A stretch of 64,000 nt of DNA from Candidatus Methylacidiphilales bacterium (GTDB taxonomy: Bacteria > Verrucomicrobiota > Verrucomicrobiia > Methylacidiphilales > JAAUTS01), in NCBI GenBank assembly GCA_038250235.1, contig JBBSCO010000004.1, positions 4,645 to 68,644 of the forward strand. Direction: 5' to 3'. A model generated the notes under the pieces. That model saw only the letters and a list, made by a program, of their open reading frames with translations, did no database searches and was not told the origin of the DNA. The position numbers were made by a program, and so were the translations under genes. This document shows positions 8,289-18,069 of this stretch, in pieces. Every line of letters begins with the position of its first letter. Position 1 is the first letter of the stretch.

Positions 8289-9726
8289 GAATTAATATTT
8301 TATAATGGCTCTGCCGCTGCCAATTATGTTTTCCCGGAGTTCATGGCGACGCGTGTGGCCGGAATGGTCATGAGTTTGGGTTACGATGCCCTGTGGTATC
8401 CGGTTTGTTATACCTGCGGTTATCTTTTCCTCCTGCCCTTTATTGCGGGCCCCCTGCGCCGTTTCGGTGTTTACATCATGCCATAGATGAAGGGGGACGG
8501 CACCACGTTGGCTTCTATTTTCCACGGCCTGCCATATTGGGGCGGGGTGGTTCTGGTCGGTGTCATCATCACGCTGAATGTGGCGCTCGGAGGCATAACA
8601 GGAATTACCCAGATCCAGGCTTTTCAATAGTGGACTAAAATGTTCGCCACCTCGGTTCCTATTTTCGTGTTGATGGCGGTCTATGGTGCCTACGGTGCTC
8701 ATTTGGAAAAAAACCGCAGCCCCGGTGAAGCAGTCCCATCCGCCCTGGTTGCGGAGACTACCTATGAGCGTCAAGAGCTTCCGGCCAAGGCTGCGGACAA
8801 GGCGGGATTATCAGTTGAAGAGCCACGTCCGTATTCCCTGTGTTACACCTACTCCCTGATTATCGCCATTGTCTGCGGAACGGCGGGATTGCCTCATATC
8901 CTGGTTCATTTTTATACCAATTCTGACGGGGCCGCCGCCAAGCGCACCTTCATGTGGGTGATGATCCTGATCGGCGTCTTCTATCTATCCCCCGGTCTTC
9001 GGCCTCCCCGGACGCAATCTATTTCCCGAACTCTATCTGGCGACAGGAGCCAAAGGAACGGACAAAATCGTGTTGGAACTGCTGCTTCGTCTCAATGAGA
9101 AATACGGCGTCCTGGGCTCCATCATCAGCGGGGTGACCTGCGCGGGGGCTTTTGCCGCCTTTATGAGCACCTTCAGCGGTCTCAAGGTTTCCATGACCTG
9201 GGCGCTGGGATATGATGTGTATGGTCGCATGCTTCGTCCCCAATCAACACCTGATCAGCGGATGAAAGCCTTCCGTTATTGTGCCATCCTGATCGGTGTG
9301 GTTTCTATTTTATTGGCATGCAGGTGGAGCCTTTTCAGATAAACTTCATGGTTGGGCAGGCCTTTGCCATCGCGGCGGCCAGCTGTTTTCCGCTGCTCTT
9401 CATGAGTGTCTGGTGGCCCGGGATGACCATTCAGGGTGCGGCCATTGGCATGTTGACCGGTGGGTTGCTGGCCCTGGGCGGAATCAGCCTGACCAGCTTC
9501 AGCGATCTTCAGTGGATCAATCTTGAGGTCCATACGGTTGGCCCATCCCCTGATTCGTATTCTGTGTGAGCAACCCGCCATCTAGGCCCTGCCTTTGGCC
9601 ATCACTCTGTTGATCGCGGTTTCCAGGCTGACCAGGTTTTCCGTGCCGGAAGATATCCGTATGAAAATGCTAGTCTTGCACGCCCCGGAAAAACTTGGCC
9701 TGAAGCAGGAATACATCCGGGAATAG
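8289..9726 (+). pseudogene. sodium:solute symporter (ActP-like) pseudogene, N-terminally truncated with multiple nonsense codons and frameshifts
   Basis: Fragments read SAAANYVFPEF..SLGYDALWYP..PLRRFGVYIMP*, VVLVGVIITLNVALGGITGITQIQAFQ*, GTAGLPHILVHFYTNSD, AGAFAAFMSTFSGL, FMVGQAFAIAAASCFPLLFMSVWWPGMT. In-frame TAG at 8484-8486 and 8628-8630 and near 9583. Frame changes near 8990, 9330 and 9545. Confidence 0.75.
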
Positions 9727-9752
9727 CAGGCCGGGCATTGAGACTTTGGATC

Positions 9753-9787
9753 TGTAGGGGGGGCGGGCCCACGCCGACACCCCTACA
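9753..9787. terminator. GC-rich hairpin between convergent genes
   Basis: tgtagggg (9753-9760) pairs with cccctaca (9780-9787) around a G/C-rich loop. It sits between the symporter remnant and the hydrolase gene. No clear T-tract. Confidence 0.3.
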
Positions 9788-9796
9788 ATCTTGGGT

Positions 9797-11032
9797 TCAT
9801 TTCTGGGCCAGCCTGGGTTTTTCAATCCAGGCCTTGGCTGCCTCCCGGGATTTGTCTCCTATCCCATGTCCTTCGCCGGGAGTCGCGTAGGTTTCAACCC
9901 TCGGGTTGCTTTTCTCAACGGCCTTGGCTATCCCCTCGGCAAAGGCCCGGCTCGTCGAGTCTGCTCCCATCATGACGTAGACATCTTTCCGTTTGAGGGC
10001 TTTGAAATTGCCTGACTTCGATCCTCCTCCCTCGTGCATGACATAGGCACTAAAAAAATCGGTGAACTCATCCCAACCATCACAGGAAGCCACAGCGATG
10101 CTGTGCGCTCCGTTGCTGGTGCCAACCACCACCCGGTTTAGAGGATCACTGTTGGGAACCAGAAGTTTCAACCGTTCCAACATAGGCTTCTGGAAAGCAA
10201 TCAGCTCATCCGTTTGACCTGCGATGTAGGCCTTCATTGGCGAAGGATATTTTTTTGAATAAGGAAAGGCCACCAAGATATAATTCTGCGGATCGACAAA
10301 GGCACTCGCTCCGTCGCAGTTCTCAGAGCCATCACCTCCCGCCATGAATAGGATGAGGGGAACGGGTTGATCGGCTTTGTAGTTTTCCGGAATACGGATC
10401 TGTATTTTTGCCGGATCCGACTGGTTACTGGCCCCGAGTTCAGGAAAGCTCAGGAAAATCTTTTTTCCAGGAATAACACGCGGGTCAGGAATGGCCGGTT
10501 TCCCCATCAATTGCGAGGCGTGATCTGCGACCAGACCTTTGCTTGGTTCGTCCAGGGATTTGAGGGCAATATCCAGAACTTCGTCCTCTGCCTGATGGAG
10601 AACAACCACCGTTTTTTCCACCCTGATGATTTTGCCTTCGAAAACTTTTCCGTCCGTGGCCGTGAGTTTGATCCTGGTTTTATCAGTGGGAGAGTCAGGA
10701 GCGGTTGTTTGGGCCGGAGCTATACCCTCCGCTTTGGGTGTCAGTGTTAATGTGGCGGCATGCGCAGCCGCAGGGATCTTTTGCAGTTGGGCGGTCGGAA
10801 TTTGGAGTATGGTGGCGCCTCCTCCGGAGAGAGAGTATTTGACGAAAGCTGTAGGCTCGAGCCATTGCACAACTTCGACTTTAGCCCCGGCCTCCAGAAC
10901 CACGGTTTCGCCCGAAATCGATGCTTCGAATTTCTGTGTCAGCTCATGGGTTGGTTCCGCAGAGAAGCCTACCGTCGTTACCCAGAGCGTCAGGGCTAAA
11001 AAAACATGCAACTTTCCCCAGGTTGAACGCAT
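9797..11032 (-). CDS. secreted alpha/beta-hydrolase (esterase-like) with N-terminal SHD1/SH3-like modules
   Basis: Signal peptide MRSTWGKLHVFLALTLWVTTVGFSAE. Nucleophile elbow VVVGTSNGAH and C-terminal PGEGHGI. Confidence 0.6.
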   Translation of the reverse strand: MRSTWGKLHVFLALTLWVTTVGFSAEPTHELTQKFEASISGETVVLEAGAKVEVVQWLEPTAFVKYSLSGGGATILQIPTAQLQKIPAAAHAATLTLTPKAEGIAPAQTTAPDSPTDKTRIKLTATDGKVFEGKIIRVEKTVVVLHQAEDEVLDIALKSLDEPSKGLVADHASQLMGKPAIPDPRVIPGKKIFLSFPELGASNQSDPAKIQIRIPENYKADQPVPLILFMAGGDGSENCDGASAFVDPQNYILVAFPYSKKYPSPMKAYIAGQTDELIAFQKPMLERLKLLVPNSDPLNRVVVGTSNGAHSIAVASCDGWDEFTDFFSAYVMHEGGGSKSGNFKALKRKDVYVMMGADSTSRAFAEGIAKAVEKSNPRVETYATPGEGHGIGDKSREAAKAWIEKPRLAQK

Positions 11033-12267
11033 TCCCGCACTTAATAGAGGTTAGGCTATGAAATCAAATAAAATGACCATTAGGGTGTAACGAATCTGCA
11101 CTTTGCATCGAAGAGAACAAGCAGTCACCAAATCTGTGTTTCTAAGTGTTTGCAGTGGTATAAGTTGTAGAAGGACACTATCGCTTGCACGCCCCGTGCG
11201 CTACGCTGAAAAATGGCCACGCTTTACCCGACAGTTATCAAAACCGATCTTCCTCTCCATGTGCATAGGCAGGCAGGGCCCGCCCCGCGTGTAACTTTTG
11301 GTTTGCGTCTGTTCCAAAAACTCTGTGTGGTCGGATTTTTCATTTTGTTCTCCTTTTCTATCGTGATTGTATGCCTGGCCATGCTGACCAAAGGTCTCAG
11401 CAGCCGGAAAAAGACTAATGTTTCTTTGGACACCCAGGACAAGCAGGACGCGGGCACAGTAGCTAAAGTCTGATTTGAAATATAGGGTGGCACGGGCCAG
11501 GGTGATGTTTTAGTGGAATGGCCCATCACGATGAAGTTTCCATCTTTAGTTGTCAGCGGATATGTGTTGGTTTTGGCGTGTGCATTATTTTGCTGAAGCC
11601 CAGAAACGCGTCGGCCATTATCGGGAATTTTCTATCTTCAATTAGAGATCCCACCCACTATCGCTCCTTTGTCCGTGCCTTTTTTACGCCGAAAGCCTGT
11701 ATCAAGTACAACACCCGGCCCGCTTTAATGGAGGGAACAACCATGGCCGGTTTAAACAGCCAACCCGTTTTTCGATGGCGTTTTTGCATTGAGTCCTTTG
11801 GTCGAGGCTGAGACTACGCTGGGTCGTAAAAGCCGGCCGGCCCAGATAATACGTACTCATAATACCAAATTGTTCGATGCCAAGGGATCACCGATCTGCG
11901 TGTTAAAAAGTTCTGACCAAAAGAGGATACTTGTCAAAGGGCTCTGCAGCAACCGGGTTGGCTTCACCACCTGAGGAAGTATAGAGAGAAAGAGGATATC
12001 TTCAAAAGCGCCAGGCCCGGCCCGGTATTTCGGCAGCACGGGCAAGAAACCTGTCAAGGGAAGAGCTGATAGGAAAGTTGTATAATGGTGGATGTATTTT
12101 ACCGGGAATAAATGACGCAGAACTGGCGATTACCAACAGCCATACCGGGTGATTGCTTTAATGGCAGATAATTATGATCCGGGAAACCGTATAAGCATCG
12201 GCAGCCAGTCGCAGGCCCGTCTTCATGGTTTGTTCATGGCACTGTCGCCAGGATAAAGAATCCAGGA

Positions 12268-12714
12268 TTAGGGTGCTTTTGCCGCAGCCAGATCTGTCGT
12301 CAGCCTGCTCTCCAGATCGTCGATCAAGGTGTAGCTGCCCTTTTTCCAGGCCCAAAAAGAGGAAGTCGGTGTTTCGCTGCCTGCCTTCAGCACGTAAAAA
12401 GTACCTCCGCCGAATCCGTTCTTTTTACAAAGAGCCACTTCCTCTTCATCTTTGCTTCTCTCGTCCAAAACTACTTTGATATATTCCTTGAATCAGCGTT
12501 TGAATTTACTTTCGTCGATGTGCTCAGCCACGGCTTTGCAGTTGCCGCAGGTGTTCCAGGTTGTCCACACCACAATAGGTTGTTTGGTTGTTTTTTGAAG
12601 TTCCATGGCTTTTTCATAACCCGTTACGCCTTCCAGCCACTTGTTGGGAATATCGCCAGCCATTGCGGGAAGAGTGATCAGCAGGGCCAGAAAGGAAGAA
12701 AGAAGTGTTTTCAT
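12268..12714 (-). pseudogene. secreted thioredoxin-fold protein interrupted by one in-frame TGA
   Basis: ORFs 12493..12783 and 12268..12468 are in the same frame, separated only by TGA (12493-12495) and 8 sense codons. Signal peptide MKTLLSSFLALLITLPAMA (ATG 12714), CGNC redox motif, then FKR*FKEYIKVVLDERSKD...GGGTFYVL, typical of the thioredoxin fold. Confidence 0.55.
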
Positions 12715-12792
12715 AATGATCGTGGAGTCAGCCGTTTTGTTCTGAGCCAAAGTTGGTGGAATATTAACAATGGGTCGAGCCAAAACGGAAGA

Positions 12793-13413
12793 TCAATTCA
12801 TACAACCCATGTAGATCCTGGTCCTCTTGGCGTAAGCTGTTGGAGCCCATTTTTTGAAGCGTGCCGTCTGCCTGTTGGCGTCGGCCTCTAAGCTGTAGAT
12901 GCCGGCCACCACGATGTAGTAGCCCTTGCGAAATCCCTCGTATCCGTCCGAGCGTTCGATGGAAAGGTATTCGGTCAGCTTATCACTGTTTGTCAGCATG
13001 GTCTCGTGTTCGCGACGGGCAACATAAACTCCGGCAAAAACCTGAACTTCAAAGTTGTCCGGATAAATGAGTCCGCGTTTTTTGTCGAAGACCCGGCCTT
13101 CCATGGAAAAGGGAATCGCTCCAGCTTTGGCTATTTTTTCCGCATCCGCTTTGGCTTCGGCAAAGCCGGGATAGGCGGATAAAATCACCACCCAGCGGCT
13201 TTCCATAAAACCAGATTCCTGGGCCTGGGCCTGGGCCGAAGGGACAAGGAAGGAAAACAACAGGCAGAAACAAAAAAGGGTGGTTTCACGCCACGGATGC
13301 AGGGGGCGTGGAGTAGAAGAGCGGGAGTAGGTATTGGTTATCATATTTTCCCTGGGAAGCATTCCGTTGATTTGGTGAACTGAGCGGGAGGCCACTGGAT
13401 GGTCTGAATCCAA
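12793..13413 (-). CDS. secreted hypothetical protein (two SPOR-like segments?)
   Basis: Hydrophobic leader TTLFCFCLLFSFLVPSAQAQA. WVVILSAYPGFAEAKADAEKIAKAG and YYIVVAGIYSLEADANRQTARF look loosely SPOR-like. The start is uncertain (Met 1, 18 or 24). Confidence 0.45.
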   Translation of the reverse strand: MDSDHPVASRSVHQINGMLPRENMITNTYSRSSTPRPLHPWRETTLFCFCLLFSFLVPSAQAQAQESGFMESRWVVILSAYPGFAEAKADAEKIAKAGAIPFSMEGRVFDKKRGLIYPDNFEVQVFAGVYVARREHETMLTNSDKLTEYLSIERSDGYEGFRKGYYIVVAGIYSLEADANRQTARFKKWAPTAYAKRTRIYMGCMN

Positions 13414-13414
13414 C

Positions 13415-13993
13415 TCAAGCCTGAACGAAACGGCGGCGCCAGGCGATCATCAAAATCAGCAAAAGGCAGGCCATCCCAACAGCGGCAGGGAATAGCACCG
13501 TTGTTAAGGAATAATGTTCCAAAGCAAAAATAACGAGGGCGTTTCGAACAATAAAAATACCGAAGAAACTTATCTTTTCTTCGTGGGGGAAAGCATAGGC
13601 TTTTCGCAGGGTGGGTCCGAAGCCCAGAATATCGACCAAGGTCAGGATGATCACGGCCCAAAGCGGATCAGAAGTCAGGAGCCAGAAGGGCAGAGCGGAC
13701 AGGGAGGCGATGAAAAAGATCCAGTCGGTTCGGGTGATTGTGGTGTCGGAACGTTTGAGATAAGCAAGAAGGGCCACGATCAACGTGATGAGTCCGGACA
13801 GCCCGATAGGCCAAGCCCCGATGCCTCCTTTCCCGGCCAGTTGGGCGAAGAATACGATGAAGGTGGTGATGCCCCAGATCACCCAGGAAAAGACATGTGG
13901 TTTGGTTTCACCGCGCTGGATGGAGCGGATGTATGGCAGGAATGCGTAGAAGGTAAGGCCTATGGCCAGGGCAGTGGCGATTTGTTGTAACAT
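13415..13993 (-). CDS. integral membrane protein, about 6 TM, unknown function
   Basis: 192-aa ORF of alternating hydrophobic helices, immediately upstream of 12793..13413 on the same strand. Confidence 0.55.
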   Translation of the reverse strand: MLQQIATALAIGLTFYAFLPYIRSIQRGETKPHVFSWVIWGITTFIVFFAQLAGKGGIGAWPIGLSGLITLIVALLAYLKRSDTTITRTDWIFFIASLSALPFWLLTSDPLWAVIILTLVDILGFGPTLRKAYAFPHEEKISFFGIFIVRNALVIFALEHYSLTTVLFPAAVGMACLLLILMIAWRRRFVQA

Positions 13994-14391
13994 GGGCGCG
14001 ATCAGAAAGGTTTTAAATGGCGATTGAAATAAATTTATGCAGTAAGGAGAGAAAGGATTCGAATCATGTTTTCTTTGAGCCGTGATTGATTCTCAACGTT
14101 TCCTGTCCAGTTTTTCCCGGAAATAGAAAAAGGCAACAAGGGATAATAGTGCCAAAAAGAGCAGGGCTGTTACTGGATTTGACTGCCATAGCCGTTCTAG
14201 AAAAGCCGTTATGTCCTCTCTTTTGGATGCCCTGTTCGATCTACCCGCAAAAATAAAAAAAGTGCGCCCATAATAGCCAGAGCAGCACCTCCCAACGGGC
14301 ACAGAAGGAGGGCGAAAAGTGCGGAGCGCTTCATTTATTTAAAGGTAATTCTGGGCAGAAAGAGGCGGTTCAAGCGGAATACCGTTTGGGC

Positions 14392-14426
14392 TTAAAAAAT
14401 ATCCGAAAGCCTAAACATAGGCTTTC
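14392..14426 (-). terminator. rho-independent terminator of the DUF2126/transglutaminase gene
   Basis: 8-bp stem gaaagcct/aggctttc (14405-14412 / 14419-14426) with a 6-nt loop. It is followed on the minus strand by ggatatttttt and lies 7 nt after the stop codon. Confidence 0.55.
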
Positions 14427-14432
14427 ACCCCA

Positions 14433-17400
14433 TTACGCGCGGTGAAACGTTCGAAGATCAAGCGTGAAAGGAAATGCTTCTGATTTCCTGAGCGGAGGAG
14501 ATTGGAAGTGGCCGGGGCTGTGGCCGTGGGGGAAGAAGCGGCCCAGGCGACGCGCTTCGGCTTCGTAGGAATTGATGGGGAAGGTGTCGTAGCTCTGGCC
14601 GCCGGGGTGGGTGACGTGATAGGCGCATCCGGCGACGGTCTTGTTGTTCCAGTTGTCGAGGAGATCAAAAATGAGAGGGCTTTGCACCGGAATGGTGGGA
14701 TGCAAAGCGGAAGGCGGCTGCCAGGCACGATAACGCACCCCAGCGATGTATTCGCCATTGATGCCAGTGGGATGCAGGGGGACACGACGTCCGTTGCAGA
14801 GCATGGCGTAACGTGACCCGACCATTCCCTGGAGTTTGAGTTGGATACGTTCGACGGAGGAATCGACATAGCGCACGGCGCCTCCGGGGGCACCTTCTTC
14901 GCCCAGCACATGCCAGGGTTCAAGGGCGTGTCGCAGTTCCATCTGGATCTCGCGGTATTGGGCAACGCCATGGCGCGGAAAGCGGAATTCGTAATGCGGG
15001 GCGAACCATTCTTCATCAAAGGGCAGGCCGGCCAGGTTGAGATCCTCGATGACATCGCGGAAATCCTGCCAGACGAAGTGCGGGAGCATGAACCGGTCGT
15101 GCAGCTCGGTGCCCCAGGGGACGAGGGGTTGGCGGTAGGGCTTTTCCCAAAACTCGGAAATGAGGGAACGCATGAGCAGTTGCTGGGTGAGGCTCATGCG
15201 CTCGTGCGGGGGCATTTCAAAGGAGCGCAATTCGAGCAGGCCTAGTCGGCCGGCCGGGCCGGAGGGATCGTAGAGTTTATCGATGCAGAATTCGGAGCGG
15301 TGAGTGTTACCGCTGACATCGGTCAGGAGATTACGGAAGATACGGTCCACCAGCCAGGGAGGAACATTGCCTTTATCGGGAATCTGGTTGAAGGCGATTT
15401 CCATTTCATAGAGAGAATCGTTACGGGCCTCGTCGATGCGGGGGGCCTGGCAGGTGGGGCCGACGAAGAGTCCCGAGAAGAGATAGGAAAGAGAGGGATG
15501 AATGAGCCAGTAATTGATCAGGCTCCGAAGGAGATCGGGACGGCGCAGGAAGGGGCTGTCAGCAGGCGTGGCGCCGCCGATAACAATGTGGTTCCCCCCG
15601 CCGGTGCCAGTGTGGCGACCGTCCACCATGAACTTTTCCGTGCCGAGGCGGCTGTTGTGCGCGTCTTCGTAGAGACCGGTGGTGATATCGACCATCTCCT
15701 TCCAGTTGTTGGCGGGATGGACGTTGACTTCTATCACACCGGGGTCAGGGGTGACTTTGATCACATTGAGACGTGGATCGGCGGGTGGGCCGTAGCCTTC
15801 CAGTATCACGGGCATATTAAGGAGGTCGGCGGTTTCTTCAACAGCACTAACCAGATGGAGATAGTCTTCCAAATCGGTGGCGGGTGGCATGAAGACATGG
15901 AGCTTGCCGTTCCGGGGCTCGACGCAGAGGGCGGTGCGGACAATCCAAGGAGCCGACTGGCCGACAGTGGGCCGCAGGCGGGTGGCGGCATCCGGGGAAT
16001 CGGGGTCGGGTTGCTTTTCGGATTCACCGGGCAATGCCTGTTCGCGCAGTTCGCCGTGCCCGGCGCGGGAGCGTGGGTCGCGTGGATCAAAGTCGGCACG
16101 GCTGCGGGGATCAAATGAGGCACGGAGGAAAGCCTGACGATCTTTGGCCGGAGGAGAAGGAAGGGCTGGGAGTTTCTGCAGGAGATCTTTATCGTAGAGG
16201 TGCGGATAGTCCGAGGCCTTGACCCAGGGCAGAGAGTCGAGAGGGAGGCGCAGGCCCATGGGGGAATCGCCGGGCAGCAGGTAAAGGGTTTCCGGACGGA
16301 GGAACCAGGCGCCGGTGCCCCAGCCGGAGCCGAGGCGGCGGATGGGAAGAGTGTGGCCAACAACTTTGTTCAGGCCCTGTTCGAAAATTTTGGCCAGGCG
16401 ATCTCGCTCTTCTTTGTCGCTGAGGTGGGACTTGATGGGATCGACGTTGGCGGGGAGACGTTTCTCCTTCCACATGTAATACCAGGCATCTTCGTAGGCG
16501 GGTAGGATATACTGATTATCCAATTCGAGGCGATTGGCCAGGACGGTGATGAATTCATGGGAGTCCTCATGGGTGACCAGGTAGTTTTTGTTGTCCTGGG
16601 CTACGAGATCCATGTTTTCCCAGATGGGCACGCCATCTTTTCTCCAGTAGCAACCATAGGCCCAGCGGGGAAGGGATTCGCCGGGATACCATTTGCCCTG
16701 GCCGAAATGAAGCAGGCCGCCGGGGGCAAAACGTTTACGGAGACGGCGGAGAAGCTGGTCGCTGAGGCCGCGTTTCATCGGGCCGACTGCGGTGTGGTTC
16801 CACTCGTCACCTTCGACATCGTCGATGGAGACAAAGGTGGGCTCGCCACCCATGGTCAGCCGGACGTCACCTTTTTTCAGACGCTTATCCACTTCGTCGC
16901 CCAACGTTTCGATCTTTTTCCATACTTCGTCTTCGTAGGGTTTTGTTACCCGTGGCGACTCAAAGATACGGGTCAGGGTCATTTCGAAGTCGAAAGTTGA
17001 TTCGCATTCGCCCACCGTTCCGCTGATGGCGGCGGCGCTGGAAGGCTCGGGTGTGCAAGCCAAGGGGATGTGACCTTCGCCGGCGAGAAGGCCGGAGGTT
17101 GGATCCAGTCCTATCCAGCCGGCACCGGGGAGATAGGCTTCGACCCACGCGTGGAGATCGGTAAAATCGACTTCGGCACCGGGGGGGCCGTCGAGCGCTT
17201 TTTTATCCGGCTTGAGCTGGATGAGATAACCGGAAACGAAACGGGCGGCGATGCCTTTGTGGCGCAGGGCCTGGGTCAGGAGCCAGGCGGAGTCGCGGCA
17301 GGAGCCGGATTTCAATTTCAGCGTTTCTTCCGGAGTCTGCACGCCGGGTTCCATGCGGATGAGATAACTGATGTCCTGTTGCAGACGTTGGTTGATGGCG

Positions 17401-17837
17401 ACAAGATAATCGATACTGCGGACTTTTTCGTCGGAAATAGAATCGACAAACTTTTGCAGCAAAAGGCCGGCTTTTCGTTTGGCCAGGTAAGGAAGCAGTT
17501 CGCGCCGTGAAGCCTTGTCGTAGGCGAAAGGAAAATATTCCGCAGTGGATTCCACAAAAAAACCAAAGGGATTATAAACGGCCATTTCGGCCACAACCTC
17601 GACCGTGATGTCCAGCTTGCGGGCTGGTTTTGGGAAAACCAGGCGGGCCAGATAATTACCGTGGGGATCCTGCTGCCAATTGACAAAGTGTTCCGCAGGC
17701 TCGACCTTGAGCGAGTAGCTCAGGATCGGAGTACGACAATGCGCGGCTGGTCGGAGCCGGACGGTTTGAGGTCCGATTCCGACTTCACGATCATACAGGT
17801 AGGAAGTATGATGACGTAAAGCGACATGAATAGCCAT
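14433..17837 (-). CDS. large transglutaminase-family protein (N-terminal transglutaminase core + DUF2126, COG4196 type)
   Basis: 1134 aa. Motifs MAIHVALRHHTSYLYDR, GSCRDSAWLLTQALRHKGIAARFVSGY, DLHAWVEAYLPGAGWIGLDPTSG, then a long conserved C-terminal region. Confidence 0.9.
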   Translation of the reverse strand: MAIHVALRHHTSYLYDREVGIGPQTVRLRPAAHCRTPILSYSLKVEPAEHFVNWQQDPHGNYLARLVFPKPARKLDITVEVVAEMAVYNPFGFFVESTAEYFPFAYDKASRRELLPYLAKRKAGLLLQKFVDSISDEKVRSIDYLVAINQRLQQDISYLIRMEPGVQTPEETLKLKSGSCRDSAWLLTQALRHKGIAARFVSGYLIQLKPDKKALDGPPGAEVDFTDLHAWVEAYLPGAGWIGLDPTSGLLAGEGHIPLACTPEPSSAAAISGTVGECESTFDFEMTLTRIFESPRVTKPYEDEVWKKIETLGDEVDKRLKKGDVRLTMGGEPTFVSIDDVEGDEWNHTAVGPMKRGLSDQLLRRLRKRFAPGGLLHFGQGKWYPGESLPRWAYGCYWRKDGVPIWENMDLVAQDNKNYLVTHEDSHEFITVLANRLELDNQYILPAYEDAWYYMWKEKRLPANVDPIKSHLSDKEERDRLAKIFEQGLNKVVGHTLPIRRLGSGWGTGAWFLRPETLYLLPGDSPMGLRLPLDSLPWVKASDYPHLYDKDLLQKLPALPSPPAKDRQAFLRASFDPRSRADFDPRDPRSRAGHGELREQALPGESEKQPDPDSPDAATRLRPTVGQSAPWIVRTALCVEPRNGKLHVFMPPATDLEDYLHLVSAVEETADLLNMPVILEGYGPPADPRLNVIKVTPDPGVIEVNVHPANNWKEMVDITTGLYEDAHNSRLGTEKFMVDGRHTGTGGGNHIVIGGATPADSPFLRRPDLLRSLINYWLIHPSLSYLFSGLFVGPTCQAPRIDEARNDSLYEMEIAFNQIPDKGNVPPWLVDRIFRNLLTDVSGNTHRSEFCIDKLYDPSGPAGRLGLLELRSFEMPPHERMSLTQQLLMRSLISEFWEKPYRQPLVPWGTELHDRFMLPHFVWQDFRDVIEDLNLAGLPFDEEWFAPHYEFRFPRHGVAQYREIQMELRHALEPWHVLGEEGAPGGAVRYVDSSVERIQLKLQGMVGSRYAMLCNGRRVPLHPTGINGEYIAGVRYRAWQPPSALHPTIPVQSPLIFDLLDNWNNKTVAGCAYHVTHPGGQSYDTFPINSYEAEARRLGRFFPHGHSPGHFQSPPLRKSEAFPFTLDLRTFHRA

Positions 17838-17885
17838 TGGACTGAATTAGCTATCATCTTTTATGCCGTTATTTACGGTAAAAGA
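17761..17885 (-). repeat. direct repeat copy A (first 77 nt of the DUF2126 gene plus 48 nt of leader)
   Basis: Ungapped hand alignment with 21076-21200 gives 107 of 125 identical positions. Confidence 0.85.
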
Positions 17886-18069
17886 GGAGGTAACCGCCCC
17901 AAACACTCCTTACTTCTTGATGTGGAATGTATTGCGAATAATTAGAAGCCCGGTTTAAGGTCGAATTTATTGGTTATTTGAGCGAAAAAACAGGTGATTT
18001 GAGCAGGATGTTCAAGATTGTGCAGAAGCATCATTGATCAGTCCGGCATTCTGTGAAGCGCCGCCCACC

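Noticed and set aside
8484-9585. Repeated in-frame TAG codons (symporter, Fic gene) as evidence of amber recoding or pyrrolysine
   Set aside because: TAG terminates well-conserved full-length genes here (prfC at 23299-23301, the type III PKS at 1484-1486). The TAG-containing genes also carry frameshifts and truncations, so ordinary pseudogenisation explains them.
12493-12495. In-frame TGA as a selenocysteine codon in the thioredoxin-fold gene
   Set aside because: The codon is about 20 residues past the CGNC redox motif, not in it. The downstream 40 nt are A/T-rich, with no convincing SECIS-type hairpin. TGA functions as a normal stop elsewhere (for example NIF3 at 1941-1943 and AraC at 21051-21053). 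It is retained only as a low-probability alternative in the finding.
14055-14065. T-loop-like strings suggesting a tRNA (ggattcgaatc here, and ggttcaattcc at 21085-21095)
   Set aside because: The flanks cannot form acceptor, D or anticodon stems. The second string lies inside the duplicated coding fragment. No tRNA, rRNA or tmRNA is supported anywhere in the window.
14093-14333. Small membrane-protein gene(s) downstream of 13415..13993
   Set aside because: ATG 14333 gives MKRSALFALLLCPLGGAALAIMGALFLFL, which stops after 41 codons. The track ORF 14093..14302 is in another frame with a non-ATG start. The region is either a frameshifted small gene or noise, and it is too weak to annotate.
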